Shown in pieces: positions 36,817-46,214 of a stretch of DNA of 64,000 bases; the stretch's first letter is position 1, and each line of letters opens with the position of its first letter. The translations under genes and the position numbers were made by a program. Origin of the DNA: Escherichia phage vB_EcoS_AKFV33; the sequence record NC_017969.1; one strand, 5' to 3'. The notes under the pieces were generated by a model that saw only the letters and a program-made list of their open reading frames with translations, ran no database searches and was not told the DNA's origin.

Positions 36817-37764
36817 TTATTTATTACGCATATCCATGATCATTTGGCCATCATAACCAGTACCAACTACCGTCTGTGGTACACCACCTTGATACTTCTG
36901 AGCACGGATCATTTCAACTTCCAGTTGCTTCCAGCGAATCATCTCAGGAGTAATGGTACGTTGCAATGCGGCGTTAGCTTCAGCTTCTTTCTTAGCTGCG
37001 TACAGTTTAGCATCTGCGTCACGTTCATTAGCAATAGCTTGGTTGTTGCGAGCTTCACGATCTGCTTCTGCTTGTTTAACTTTTTGCTGTGCTTCCTGTT
37101 CAACACGAGCTAATTCAGCTTTAGCAGCATTAACCTGTTCTTCACGAACTTTGGTATTCTGTACCTGTTCCATGATTACCGGTGGCAAAGTAATATCCTG
37201 AAGGAACACCTGCTTAACTGTGTAACCATATGGGCGTGCATACTCTTCAACTTCCTGTTGAATTGCAGTTTGCAATTGAGCCTGAATTTTAGCATCAAAT
37301 AAATCTTGTGCTTTAGGTACAGACTTACCAAACTCACGAATAGTAGACAGTAATTTTTCAGTTACATATTTGTCTAACGCTTGATCCTGAGTACCTGCAT
37401 TAATACGGTTAATCGGTGCTTTAGAACCATCAAACTGCAACATAACAGTCAGGTCAACAGTGGATTTAAACTTATCCTGACTAGGAACCTGAAGTTTATC
37501 TAATTTTAGAGCAATATCTTTAGTACTAAAAGTATCAAAAGAAGCAAAAGGATTTACAATATGGAAACCAGGTAATACTGGATTAGGATCAACTTTACCC
37601 AAGAAAGTCTGGGTCTTAACAGTACCGTCTTGAACAACGGTATAGGAGTTAAGAGCTAGAACTAAACCTGCTAAACCAACTACAGCACCAATCCCCCAAC
37701 GTTTAATAGTACGAATTACTTTCTGCTCAGAAGTCAGTTCTTTCATATTTTTAGTATTAAACAT
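36817..37764 (-). CDS. SPFH/band-7 family membrane protein (prohibitin/HflC-like)
   Basis: 315 aa; N-terminal TM segment, SPFH-like core, C-terminal Ala/Glu/Gln-rich coiled coil. Confidence 0.65.
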   Translation of the reverse strand: MFNTKNMKELTSEQKVIRTIKRWGIGAVVGLAGLVLALNSYTVVQDGTVKTQTFLGKVDPNPVLPGFHIVNPFASFDTFSTKDIALKLDKLQVPSQDKFKSTVDLTVMLQFDGSKAPINRINAGTQDQALDKYVTEKLLSTIREFGKSVPKAQDLFDAKIQAQLQTAIQQEVEEYARPYGYTVKQVFLQDITLPPVIMEQVQNTKVREEQVNAAKAELARVEQEAQQKVKQAEADREARNNQAIANERDADAKLYAAKKEAEANAALQRTITPEMIRWKQLEVEMIRAQKYQGGVPQTVVGTGYDGQMIMDMRNK

Positions 37765-37798
37765 ATATTTCCTTTGTTTTAGTTACAGTTAATAAAAT

Positions 37799-37873
37799 TG
37801 GCCGAGGTGACAGGATTCGAACCTGCATAAAGGAATTTAGAAGACTCCTGCCTCTCCCTTAGACTACACCCCG
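37799..37873 (-). tRNA. tRNA-Arg (anticodon TCT)
   Basis: anticodon loop CTTCTAA; CCA encoded. Confidence 0.7.
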
Positions 37874-38375
37874 TTTAAGTATTTTTAAGAACTCTCGTAA
37901 AAACTCTTAAAAATACAGACGATACCGGGAGAGTCATAAGTCTCACTCATTAAGTATTTCAAGACAAAATACAGTAACGTCTATTATTTTCCAGTTTAAG
38001 TCAGGGTGACTTAGTGGTTATGTCCTGCGGTATATTGAGGACTCGGTTAGGCTTGGGGTCATGACTTCCCGCCTTTTGCTGCTACTCAACAGGAATTATC
38101 GCGAATTACCTGTGCTATTGTGCACCATTAGTGACATCTCTCATGTCAGCATTTCCCACTTTGTGGATAGCTTGAAAAACTACTCCGATGTGGAGAAAGA
38201 ACTTCACTATCCTAGAATACCTTCTAAAGTTCTTCTTTAGCCTGGACATAGTTAAACCGTAATAAAACTATTCAGCAGACTGGTTGGTTAGTCTGGAACC
38301 AACTACCGCGTGGTTTAGGCAGTGCGCAACTAACCTCGGAAGCTTTTACGTTAAAAGCATCAGTTATCCAGTTCT

Positions 38376-38447
38376 TACCGACCGTAGGATTCGAACCTAC
38401 ATCTTCCACCAGTTACGGCTTGATAATACCAATTATACTAGGACGGC
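38376..38447 (-). ncRNA. tRNA-like element with canonical T-arm but no resolvable anticodon arm
   Basis: T-arm GTAGG-TTCGAAT-CCTAC; acceptor pairing 6/7. Confidence 0.3.
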
Positions 38448-38525
38448 AGTGTTACTACATAAGTGATTTCCACACCCCACTATTTATAAATTAGATGCCT
38501 AATTATCATCTAATTTATGAATATA

Positions 38526-38554
38526 TTATATAGAATTTATAAGCATTTAGCAAA
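38526..38554 (-). promoter_or_regulatory. sigma70-type early promoter reading into the tRNA cluster
   Basis: ATTATATAG..AGCAAATGAATTTTT motif. Confidence 0.5.
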
Positions 38555-38561
38555 TGAATTT

Positions 38562-38996
38562 TTAGAAAAATTCGCTAGCAATCAAAGCAGTTGTTTTACC
38601 TTCATAACGCCCTGGAAACTCTGCCTTAATGGTTTTCATTAAGAGAGCTTTGGTAATGCCGGGGTTTAGCTTAACCAGTTCTGCAAAGTATTTACGAATT
38701 TCAGTTTCAGTCAGTTGACTTGGCTGATACTCTTGCAGCATGGAATAAAGCAGTTGCTCATAGTCTACATCAGTAGGAACTTTCGTACCAACTTTAATAG
38801 CGCGCTGCTTTGCATTTTCTAGAGCCTTAATCTGAGCTTTCAGATAGGCTACGAACTCGGTTCGAGTAACAATATCTTTATCAATACGTTGCAGGTCGCC
38901 AATCATGGTCTGAAGATTAAGCGCCCGCTCTTTATCACCGTGAGTACGTGCTAGACTAAGCAGTCCACGAAGGGTCATTAGGATATTTTCACCCAT
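38562..38996 (-). CDS. hypothetical protein
   Basis: 144 aa ORF. Confidence 0.45.
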   Translation of the reverse strand: MGENILMTLRGLLSLARTHGDKERALNLQTMIGDLQRIDKDIVTRTEFVAYLKAQIKALENAKQRAIKVGTKVPTDVDYEQLLYSMLQEYQPSQLTETEIRKYFAELVKLNPGITKALLMKTIKAEFPGRYEGKTTALIASEFF

Positions 38997-39234
38997 TATT
39001 TCATCCCCAGTGCTTGGTTAAAAGATTGCTCTGTCATAACTGCTGAGACTTTGGCGAAATCAAACTTTTTAGGGTTCGTAGTGATTTCAGCAACGTTAGA
39101 AGTTTTAACAGTTTTCGTAGTACGAATACCGCGAGTGTTAACACCAATAATTACAACTGATTTCATATTTCGCTTCCTCTCATTAATTTATGAAAGTATT
39201 ATACAGAAATTTAAGTAGTTAAGCAAGTAACTTT

Positions 39235-39702
39235 TTAAGTTTTAGTGACAACAGGTTTATAGAATGTATGTCCCTTAATCTTAGTTGTTTTCTTAAATTT
39301 CTTTGTCCAGTAAGGTTTATCTTTACCACTATGGAAGTATAGTGCTCCATGTGTAGGATCTTGTGGTAAATCAACGTAGTATATCACTCTAGCTAAATTC
39401 TTAGCGGTTTGCCAAGCCTCATCAGTTTTATCAACTTTTGGTCTCTTAGATACCCAAGAGAACTGGTTAGACTGATATACTACTTTACAGTAGGAATCTG
39501 GGAATTTACCGGAGTTTACACGGTTTTTAGTAACATGTGCAATTGCCGTCATTCCCTTTATGCCCTCACCACGACTCTCGAAATAGATATTTTTAGCAAT
39601 GCAATCTATTTCTTTTGCATCGTGCGATGCCTGACTACTAAAGCTGAAGGTAAGGGCAGCTACTAAAAGCAAAGCTGCCTTCATTCTTTTTACTCCTGCC
39701 AA
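39235..39702 (-). CDS. cell-wall hydrolase, SleB/Hydrolase_2-like, with signal peptide
   Basis: 155 aa; signal peptide; NIYFESRGEG..VTKNRV..QFSWV motif. Confidence 0.6.
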   Translation of the reverse strand: MAGVKRMKAALLLVAALTFSFSSQASHDAKEIDCIAKNIYFESRGEGIKGMTAIAHVTKNRVNSGKFPDSYCKVVYQSNQFSWVSKRPKVDKTDEAWQTAKNLARVIYYVDLPQDPTHGALYFHSGKDKPYWTKKFKKTTKIKGHTFYKPVVTKT

Positions 39703-40007
39703 TCATATTCAACACGATTGGGATTTTCTTTATACCCTAAGTCAAGCAAATCATTACGCATATTTTGCTTAGCTACTGGGTTCGAGGTTACTAGTACCAC
39801 TTTCTTTGGTCTCTGCCCAAATTCTAAGAGTAAACGAAGAATTTGATAACCTTCCATACCATCTACAGCCAAGTCATTATCCATATAAACGAAATGGCCG
39901 GTGGTATCAGTTTTATTCAGAAACTCTACAGCGGCTTCTGGGGTTCGAATGATAATGTCCATTCCGTGAAGATTACGCACATCATCAATCAAAATATGAA
40001 AAGTCAT
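39690..40007 (-). CDS. receiver (REC)-like domain protein, tentative
   Basis: 105 aa; acidic pocket LIDD, central D, LVTSN. Confidence 0.35.
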   Translation of the reverse strand: MTFHILIDDVRNLHGMDIIIRTPEAAVEFLNKTDTTGHFVYMDNDLAVDGMEGYQILRLLLEFGQRPKKVVLVTSNPVAKQNMRNDLLDLGYKENPNRVEYDWQE

Positions 40008-40449
40008 AATAGCCTCGTTTCATCAATTTAAAAATATATTATACATATAATTTAGTAGATTAGCAAATACATTTTTAAATTGTGAAACTAGTAAACCGAT
40101 AAACAGCCTAGAGGCGCCACAGGCCATATCTTATGAGCCATGTACCTTTGATCTAGGGTTTGAATCATCAACGAATACTTTGCATCTTTTAGCTTTAGAA
40201 GTTTAGAAGTTTGAGTTCTTTAAACTTTTCAGCTTTCATACTTAAATGTTGATCTTTGAAGTTGTGTCGGTAATATCAACGACGCTTTGTTCTTACGTGT
40301 CAGCTTAAAAGGCTGGTGTAATAAACATAATCTCCAATAGATTATACTTTATAGTATGGTCAGCGGTCTTATTTAACCTCGTATTTCAACCGCTGCTGCG
40401 AGGTAAGATGCTTGGGCTTTCGTCTACCGATTTACTAGCTTTTAAATTA

Positions 40450-41088
40450 TTACTCTACTTCAATGAAGGTAGAAGCGTTAGACTCGGACAGAACAAAGTC
40501 AACATTTGTTGCAAAGTCCTGATATTCCTCGTCATGCTGCTTAATCAGCTTTTCCAGTTCCAGCGGATCAATCAAGAATGGAGTATTCTTGAGTTCCAGC
40601 AGGTTGAGCTGCATTTTAACTTCATCTTCGGAAGTTTTCTTATCGCGGGTAGCCATGCTATCCTGCAAACGCTCATATTTAGCATCAAACTGTGCTTTCT
40701 GCGTATTAAACTTAACCGTAGCGGCATGGAACTGCTTACGCATGTTAGCCAGTAGTTGGGCTTTAAGTTCCATAGAACGCTTAGCTTCAATTGCTTCCGC
40801 AACAGTCATCTTACGAGAGCCAATCTCAACGATTGTTTCCGCATTGCTTTTAATCAGAGCAGCTTTGATACGATCACGCTGGGACATCATATCCAGCAGA
40901 GACTGGAAATCAGTCTTAATACGAGTAGACAGATCAGCTACTTCGATTGCAGCGCCAACTACAACTTGGTTTTTATCCTTACCTTCACCAACAGCGATCA
41001 GAAGCTGCTGTTCAGTAGCTTTACGGATTTTAGCTTCCAGAGATTTGATAGTTGCCAGAGCGCGAGTTTTAGAAATACGAGTAGTCAT
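40450..41088 (-). CDS. coiled-coil protein
   Basis: 212 aa ORF. Confidence 0.5.
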   Translation of the reverse strand: MTTRISKTRALATIKSLEAKIRKATEQQLLIAVGEGKDKNQVVVGAAIEVADLSTRIKTDFQSLLDMMSQRDRIKAALIKSNAETIVEIGSRKMTVAEAIEAKRSMELKAQLLANMRKQFHAATVKFNTQKAQFDAKYERLQDSMATRDKKTSEDEVKMQLNLLELKNTPFLIDPLELEKLIKQHDEEYQDFATNVDFVLSESNASTFIEVE

Positions 41089-41141
41089 TATTTGCTTCCT
41101 TATATGAAGTTTGAGATTTGAATTTGTTTAAAGTTGGTCTA

Positions 41142-41324
41142 TTACAGACCAATTGCCAGCAGAGTGCGTAGAACAGTATCATTACTGTTATCAATTTTAG
41201 GATTAGCACGATTTAGCAGATCAAAGATTTTCTGGATACCTGATTGACGTTCAGCCATACGACGGATACCCAGATTACGAGTAGCTTTCTTACCATTTTT
41301 ACGAACATTTTTAGATACTGGCAT
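41142..41324 (-). CDS. small basic protein
   Basis: 60 aa ORF. Confidence 0.35.
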   Translation of the reverse strand: MPVSKNVRKNGKKATRNLGIRRMAERQSGIQKIFDLLNRANPKIDNSNDTVLRTLLAIGL

Positions 41325-41394
41325 ATATGTTTTCCTTTTATTGTTTTCTCAAATTTATGAATATATTATACAGAATTTTGGGGCCGGAAGCAAA

Positions 41395-42096
41395 TCAAAT
41401 TTTCATTTTTTCGATCATAGCTGCAACACAATAGCTTTCAACTAAGGCATCAAATGCAGGATCATGCTTAACCGGATAGATCCCATAACGAATAGTGTCC
41501 ATCTTCTCCATTTTAGCTATTGCCCAGCTAATACCTTCGGTCTCTAGAGCCTTATAACTGTATCCAGCTTGCATCCAGAGATTACGAAGAGATCGAACAT
41601 TGCCCAAATTCCAGAATTTCCACGGAACTACCTCTTCATTGGTTCCAGCATGGAACGTGTTTGCAGAGTAGATAGTCATATCAAACTCTGGGCCATTGCC
41701 ATAATACAAAGCATTTTCACCTAGAGCCAACTCCATAATATTTTGAGCCATAGAGAAGGCAGCATAGTTTGAGCCTAATTTATTAGTGCAATGATGTTTA
41801 CCATTTTGGAAGGCAATCAGTTTTGGATTACGTTCCTTCATGGCTTCCATAATGTGGATAGCAGACGGGCTATTTTTAGCTTGATCCATCCAGAATGCTA
41901 GAGTAGATGCTGTAACTTTGGCACCAGAATTAAGCTGATCCTGCACATCCAAAGTAGCAAATACTAAGTCAGGGTCTTTATCAATCCCATGCATAGCCAC
42001 AAAAGCGAAAGAAGGCATTGCGATATGAGTAGTACCACAATCTCCTGGAGTTCCTAGAGATTCAATATCTAGCATACCAAATGGTTTTACTTTCAT
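41395..42096 (-). CDS. DEDDh-type 3'-5' exonuclease (DnaQ/RNase T-like), tentative
   Basis: 233 aa; Exo I-like LDIES and Exo III-like HDPAFDAL motifs. Confidence 0.5.
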   Translation of the reverse strand: MKVKPFGMLDIESLGTPGDCGTTHIAMPSFAFVAMHGIDKDPDLVFATLDVQDQLNSGAKVTASTLAFWMDQAKNSPSAIHIMEAMKERNPKLIAFQNGKHHCTNKLGSNYAAFSMAQNIMELALGENALYYGNGPEFDMTIYSANTFHAGTNEEVVPWKFWNLGNVRSLRNLWMQAGYSYKALETEGISWAIAKMEKMDTIRYGIYPVKHDPAFDALVESYCVAAMIEKMKI

Positions 42097-42124
42097 AACT
42101 TATCCTTTATTGTGTAGAAAACTA

Positions 42125-42361
42125 TTAAAGAGCTGTCTCTTTAATAGACTCCCACTTCTTGGGGTCTTTAAAACCAGGAAGCATATCCTCACTGACATCC
42201 CAGTTCTCTTCCATAGAGAAGTCGGGCCAGTCATTCCAGCTACCTTCCAGCTCTTCATAACAGGTATCCATTACTTCATGACTAGAAAGTCGTATATAAT
42301 CCCTAGCTGACTTATGGGTGCTAGCACGGTTAAAATCATTCTTTGCTACAAAATTACGCAT
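42125..42361 (-). CDS. hypothetical protein
   Basis: 78 aa ORF. Confidence 0.4.
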   Translation of the reverse strand: MRNFVAKNDFNRASTHKSARDYIRLSSHEVMDTCYEELEGSWNDWPDFSMEENWDVSEDMLPGFKDPKKWESIKETAL

Positions 42362-42402
42362 AGTTTCTCCAAATAAGAGGGGCTTTCGCCCCCTGATTTA
42401 AA

Positions 42403-42618
42403 TCACTTGCCCAGCAGTTTAAGGATATTTTCCATAATAGTTTGGGCAGATTTTTCGCTCTTGTTGGTTTCAGCCAACTTTAAAGCGAGTTCTTCCTGCT
42501 GTTTCTGAATATCCGCAGCAATTTTTTGATCAGCCTCAATACGAGCTTGAAGCTCATCAGTGATAGTGGTAAAGGAAGCAACGATTTCAGTAACGGAACG
42601 TGGTTTCTTAGAGAACAT
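42403..42618 (-). CDS. hypothetical coiled-coil protein
   Basis: 71 aa ORF. Confidence 0.4.
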   Translation of the reverse strand: MFSKKPRSVTEIVASFTTITDELQARIEADQKIAADIQKQQEELALKLAETNKSEKSAQTIMENILKLLGK

Positions 42619-42681
42619 AAAAATATCCTTGATTAGTTAGAGAATTAGTAGATTGTAGGGGCTTCTGCCCCTATTTATCTA

Positions 42682-43197
42682 TTACTTCGCTTTACGCTTG
42701 CGAGCTGGTTTAGCAGATTTACGAGCAGAATCACCCGTGAACTTAATGCCTACACCGTAACACAGAGCACGAACATTATCTTTACTATACTCTACGCCAA
42801 AGATATTTGGCTTAACAGAACCAAACTGTCCACGAGTATCACGCAATACATCTGCTGTTGGTTTACGCTTCTGGTTAACTGCCTTCTCATAGTCTTTCAT
42901 AGACATACCATTACGAGAGAACAATTCAGCCCCAGCGTTGAAGCTCAGGGAAACTGGGACAGATTTGTGGCCGTAATTTTCTACATACATAACCATTTTG
43001 TAGGATTTACGGGTGGCATTTTTAGCTTTAGGCTTCTTACGAATCGGAGCCGGATTATTCAGTGCTTGCGCAGCCTGAGCATCGGTAGGATGCTTACGCA
43101 GGTGGCGTTCCAGACGAGCTTTGCGATTAGCCTCGGTCTGCGGGAAAGTTTTAACTGCCGGAGCTGCTTGAGTTTTTGCGTTTTTCTGCTTAGCCAT
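42682..43197 (-). CDS. basic (putative nucleic-acid-binding) protein
   Basis: 171 aa; Lys/Arg-rich termini. Confidence 0.45.
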   Translation of the reverse strand: MAKQKNAKTQAAPAVKTFPQTEANRKARLERHLRKHPTDAQAAQALNNPAPIRKKPKAKNATRKSYKMVMYVENYGHKSVPVSLSFNAGAELFSRNGMSMKDYEKAVNQKRKPTADVLRDTRGQFGSVKPNIFGVEYSKDNVRALCYGVGIKFTGDSARKSAKPARKRKAK

Positions 43198-43280
43198 TAT
43201 TTGTTTTCCTTTTTGTTTATCAATTTATGAAGTATATTATACGAGAATTTGAAGCGTTTAGCAAATGAATTTTTTAAAAA

Positions 43281-43559
43281 TTATCTACCAACCATCTTAG
43301 CTTGTTCGGCATCTGAGACATATTGATACGCTCCTTTATTATACGCTGGAGCAGTACACATTTTCTTACGCTCAATCTCTTCTTGAGCTTTTCTTTCGCG
43401 TTCAGCTAATTCTTCATCCAGGTAAACTAAACGTTGCTCTGGAGGAGGTGGGAGACGTGTTTCTGGCTCACCAATATTAGCCTTTCTTATTTGACGAGGT
43501 GATTGTGCACGTTTTCTCAATGGCTTAAATCCTAATGAATTTGAGTTATAAATCCGCAT
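43281..43559 (-). CDS. hypothetical protein
   Basis: 92 aa ORF. Confidence 0.4.
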   Translation of the reverse strand: MRIYNSNSLGFKPLRKRAQSPRQIRKANIGEPETRLPPPPEQRLVYLDEELAERERKAQEEIERKKMCTAPAYNKGAYQYVSDAEQAKMVGR

Positions 43560-43635
43560 AAAGCCCTCCTCACTTTCAATACGAATATTATACTAAATTA
43601 GAGGGCTTTAAGCAAGAAAATTTTTAATTTATTTA

Positions 43636-44112
43636 TTACATCTCGGCAAGTTCTTGCTCGGTAATAACTGTGTTACACAATGCATCTACAGCTTCATTAC
43701 CACTAATACCAGAATGACCTTTAACCTTAATAAAGGTAGGGTTAGTATTATGAAAGTTGATATACTGCTGTGTTAATTTAAATGCTTCCTGCCAAAGTTC
43801 TAGATTAAGAGGGACTTCACCATCTGCTTTCTTCCAGCCTTTCCTTTGCCAAGAAAACATCCAACTTTCCATACCATTTTTGCAATAAGCAGAGTCAGTA
43901 TAGATAGCAATTGGTCTATTATCTTTTTTAACAGACCAACGTAGAGCTTCTACAATAGCTGTGAGTTCCATCTCATTATTTGTAGTTTTAGGATTATAAC
44001 CAGATTTAGAACCCAAACGATCGTCGTTATCATCATAGACAATAAAACCCCAAGCACCTGGACCTGGGTTAGACTTACAAGCACCATCTGTGTAAATGTG
44101 GAAAACCGACAT
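43636..44112 (-). CDS. rnh: ribonuclease H
   Basis: 158 aa; RNase H1 motifs (YTDGAC..GPG, TNNEMEL, HSG). Confidence 0.75.
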   Translation of the reverse strand: MSVFHIYTDGACKSNPGPGAWGFIVYDDNDDRLGSKSGYNPKTTNNEMELTAIVEALRWSVKKDNRPIAIYTDSAYCKNGMESWMFSWQRKGWKKADGEVPLNLELWQEAFKLTQQYINFHNTNPTFIKVKGHSGISGNEAVDALCNTVITEQELAEM

Positions 44113-44375
44113 TATTTTTCACCTTCTGTTACAACTCTAGTTTTTGGCGGAATTGGAGGCATTGGTGGAACTCTTGGGTACTCTCTTTGTGGACCATTTG
44201 ATGCTAAAGACGGCTCAGGAGGCTTAGGTTTTATAGCCTCTAATTCCCTATCCAAGAATTCCTCTATTGCTCTATCTACAAAGTAGTCATAAGGTAAATG
44301 ATAGTATTCTGATAGAGTAAGAAGTTTGTGTTCTTGCCTTTCTGTTAAATAAATTTTCTTTCTAAAGAGTCCCAT
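44112..44375 (-). CDS. hypothetical Pro-rich protein
   Basis: 87 aa ORF. Confidence 0.4.
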   Translation of the reverse strand: MGLFRKKIYLTERQEHKLLTLSEYYHLPYDYFVDRAIEEFLDRELEAIKPKPPEPSLASNGPQREYPRVPPMPPIPPKTRVVTEGEK

Positions 44376-44469
44376 ATGTATACCTCCAATTTATAAAATA
44401 TATTATATTTAAATTTCACTAAATAAGCAAATGAAATTTAAATATAATAGCCCCGAAGGGCTATTTGAG

Positions 44470-44823
44470 TTAAATTATAATCAAGATTATGAGAGCATAG
44501 GTTAAGTAATGGAGTAACTGATCAAATCCTAAAGCTATCCAAAACTTGGAATCACTTATATCGTATTTACAGCGTTGTGCTTTCCAGTAATCTATGATAA
44601 AGTGTAGGATTAATTCCATTATAGCTAAAGTTATAGCCATTCCTAGTGATGTGAACATAGTAAGAATTATAAAGGTTAGTCCAGCATGTACTAGAGAATG
44701 GGTTAGTAATGGAAGTTTCCATCCTATTTTGTGAGTCTTCCTTAACATGTATGGAGTTTGGAGGGGATAATCAGCCATAAAATGTTTCAGGAAGAATATA
44801 ACAAATAATAATATTGTAAACAT
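44470..44823 (-). CDS. membrane protein
   Basis: 117 aa, multiple TM segments. Confidence 0.45.
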   Translation of the reverse strand: MFTILLFVIFFLKHFMADYPLQTPYMLRKTHKIGWKLPLLTHSLVHAGLTFIILTMFTSLGMAITLAIMELILHFIIDYWKAQRCKYDISDSKFWIALGFDQLLHYLTYALIILIII

Positions 44824-44826
44824 ATA

Positions 44827-45681
44827 TTATACCGTAAAGGGGTATGCAATAGCAGGATGGTGTTTGTAACCACGAACAGTAAAATCATCCTTACTTACCC
44901 AGGTCAATACATCCTCCAGAGTTCGGATATTTGGATTGATTTCTAGAGTAGGATGTGCAAAAGGTTCACGATCGAATTGCTTATGCTCCATCAAAACATT
45001 ATACTGATCCTCATAGATATGAAGATTGATAATCTTCTGGCGTGCAATTCCTGGTTTAAGGCCTGTAATCTGTGCCATTAATGCTAGAAGCGTATAGCAC
45101 TGAACCATGTTAAATACTTGGCCTAACAGGAAGTCATTAGATCTCTGAAAAGAGTTCAGGTATAATGTATCTCCCAAAATAGAGAACTGATGAGTGTGCA
45201 TACATGGACGTAAGCAACCTTTCGAGAACTCTCCAGGATTCCAGAAGGTTAGAATTTCCCCACGATCATCAATGCCCTTCTTCAGGTTATGATAAATCTT
45301 GGCTAGTTGGTCAAACATAAGACCATCGGAATTAGTCCACTGACGTCCTTGAACACCATAGACTCGTCCCATATCATCCTCACCTTTGCGATATGGATTG
45401 TCTAGCCAAGCTAAGTTTTCATTTGCATTAGCATTCCATGTGTTAACACCAATAGCGCGGAATTGTGCTGCTGAATCATACCCACGCAGATACCCAATCA
45501 TTTCCATTATTGCTTGTTTTGCAAACGCCTTACGAGTAGTAATAAGGGGGAATTCCCCTGCACCTACGTTAAAAGTAAAGTCTGCGTCAATAATGGTGAG
45601 GCAACGAACCCCCGTTCTAGGATTCGTTACCCACTGACCCTCTGATAGAATATGTTTTCCAACTTCGATATACTGATCCAT
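44827..45681 (-). CDS. thyA: thymidylate synthase
   Basis: 284 aa; catalytic-region motif RPCMHTHQF and overall ThyA pattern. Confidence 0.85.
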   Translation of the reverse strand: MDQYIEVGKHILSEGQWVTNPRTGVRCLTIIDADFTFNVGAGEFPLITTRKAFAKQAIMEMIGYLRGYDSAAQFRAIGVNTWNANANENLAWLDNPYRKGEDDMGRVYGVQGRQWTNSDGLMFDQLAKIYHNLKKGIDDRGEILTFWNPGEFSKGCLRPCMHTHQFSILGDTLYLNSFQRSNDFLLGQVFNMVQCYTLLALMAQITGLKPGIARQKIINLHIYEDQYNVLMEHKQFDREPFAHPTLEINPNIRTLEDVLTWVSKDDFTVRGYKHHPAIAYPFTV

Positions 45682-46214
45682 TAATAGGTAACCAATTCCT
45701 GTACAAATCGCAGGCTGTTATCACTGTTTGCGCCAGTTGCGTAAACTAAACGAGTAGATTCATAGTTGTAATCTAGAATCGTATTATCCAGATGTACATC
45801 TGCCTCTAGTTTTTGATCACTAAAGATTGTGGATACGAAAGCACTTTCAATATGACCATGAATATACATTTCGTACAGTAATGTTGCGCCACCTAAAACC
45901 ACTGTCTGTTGATCTTTTAAGAATGTAGGCAATGTATCCCCAATCTTAGAAATTGGAATGTAAATATCATGCGTAATATCGTCTGGCAGTGGACGATCAG
46001 CACGAATAAATAGATCAGAAGCCCCAATCATACGTTCCCTAACGGCGTATGGAAGAGCTAAATAAGTACCAGCACCAATGATGATGTTATCTGGATTCAA
46101 CACGTCCAGTTGAGAATAGAAAGCATCTAGTTCTTCTTTGAAGGAACCCCATGGAAGTTTACCGTGGAGGCCGAACTCCCCATTCGGCCCAACTGCATAC
46201 ATTGCTGTAATCAT
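45681..46214 (-). CDS. frd: dihydrofolate reductase
   Basis: 177 aa; DHFR-like N-terminus; adjacent to thyA; ATGA overlap with nrdB stop. Confidence 0.7.
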   Translation of the reverse strand: MITAMYAVGPNGEFGLHGKLPWGSFKEELDAFYSQLDVLNPDNIIIGAGTYLALPYAVRERMIGASDLFIRADRPLPDDITHDIYIPISKIGDTLPTFLKDQQTVVLGGATLLYEMYIHGHIESAFVSTIFSDQKLEADVHLDNTILDYNYESTRLVYATGANSDNSLRFVQELVTY

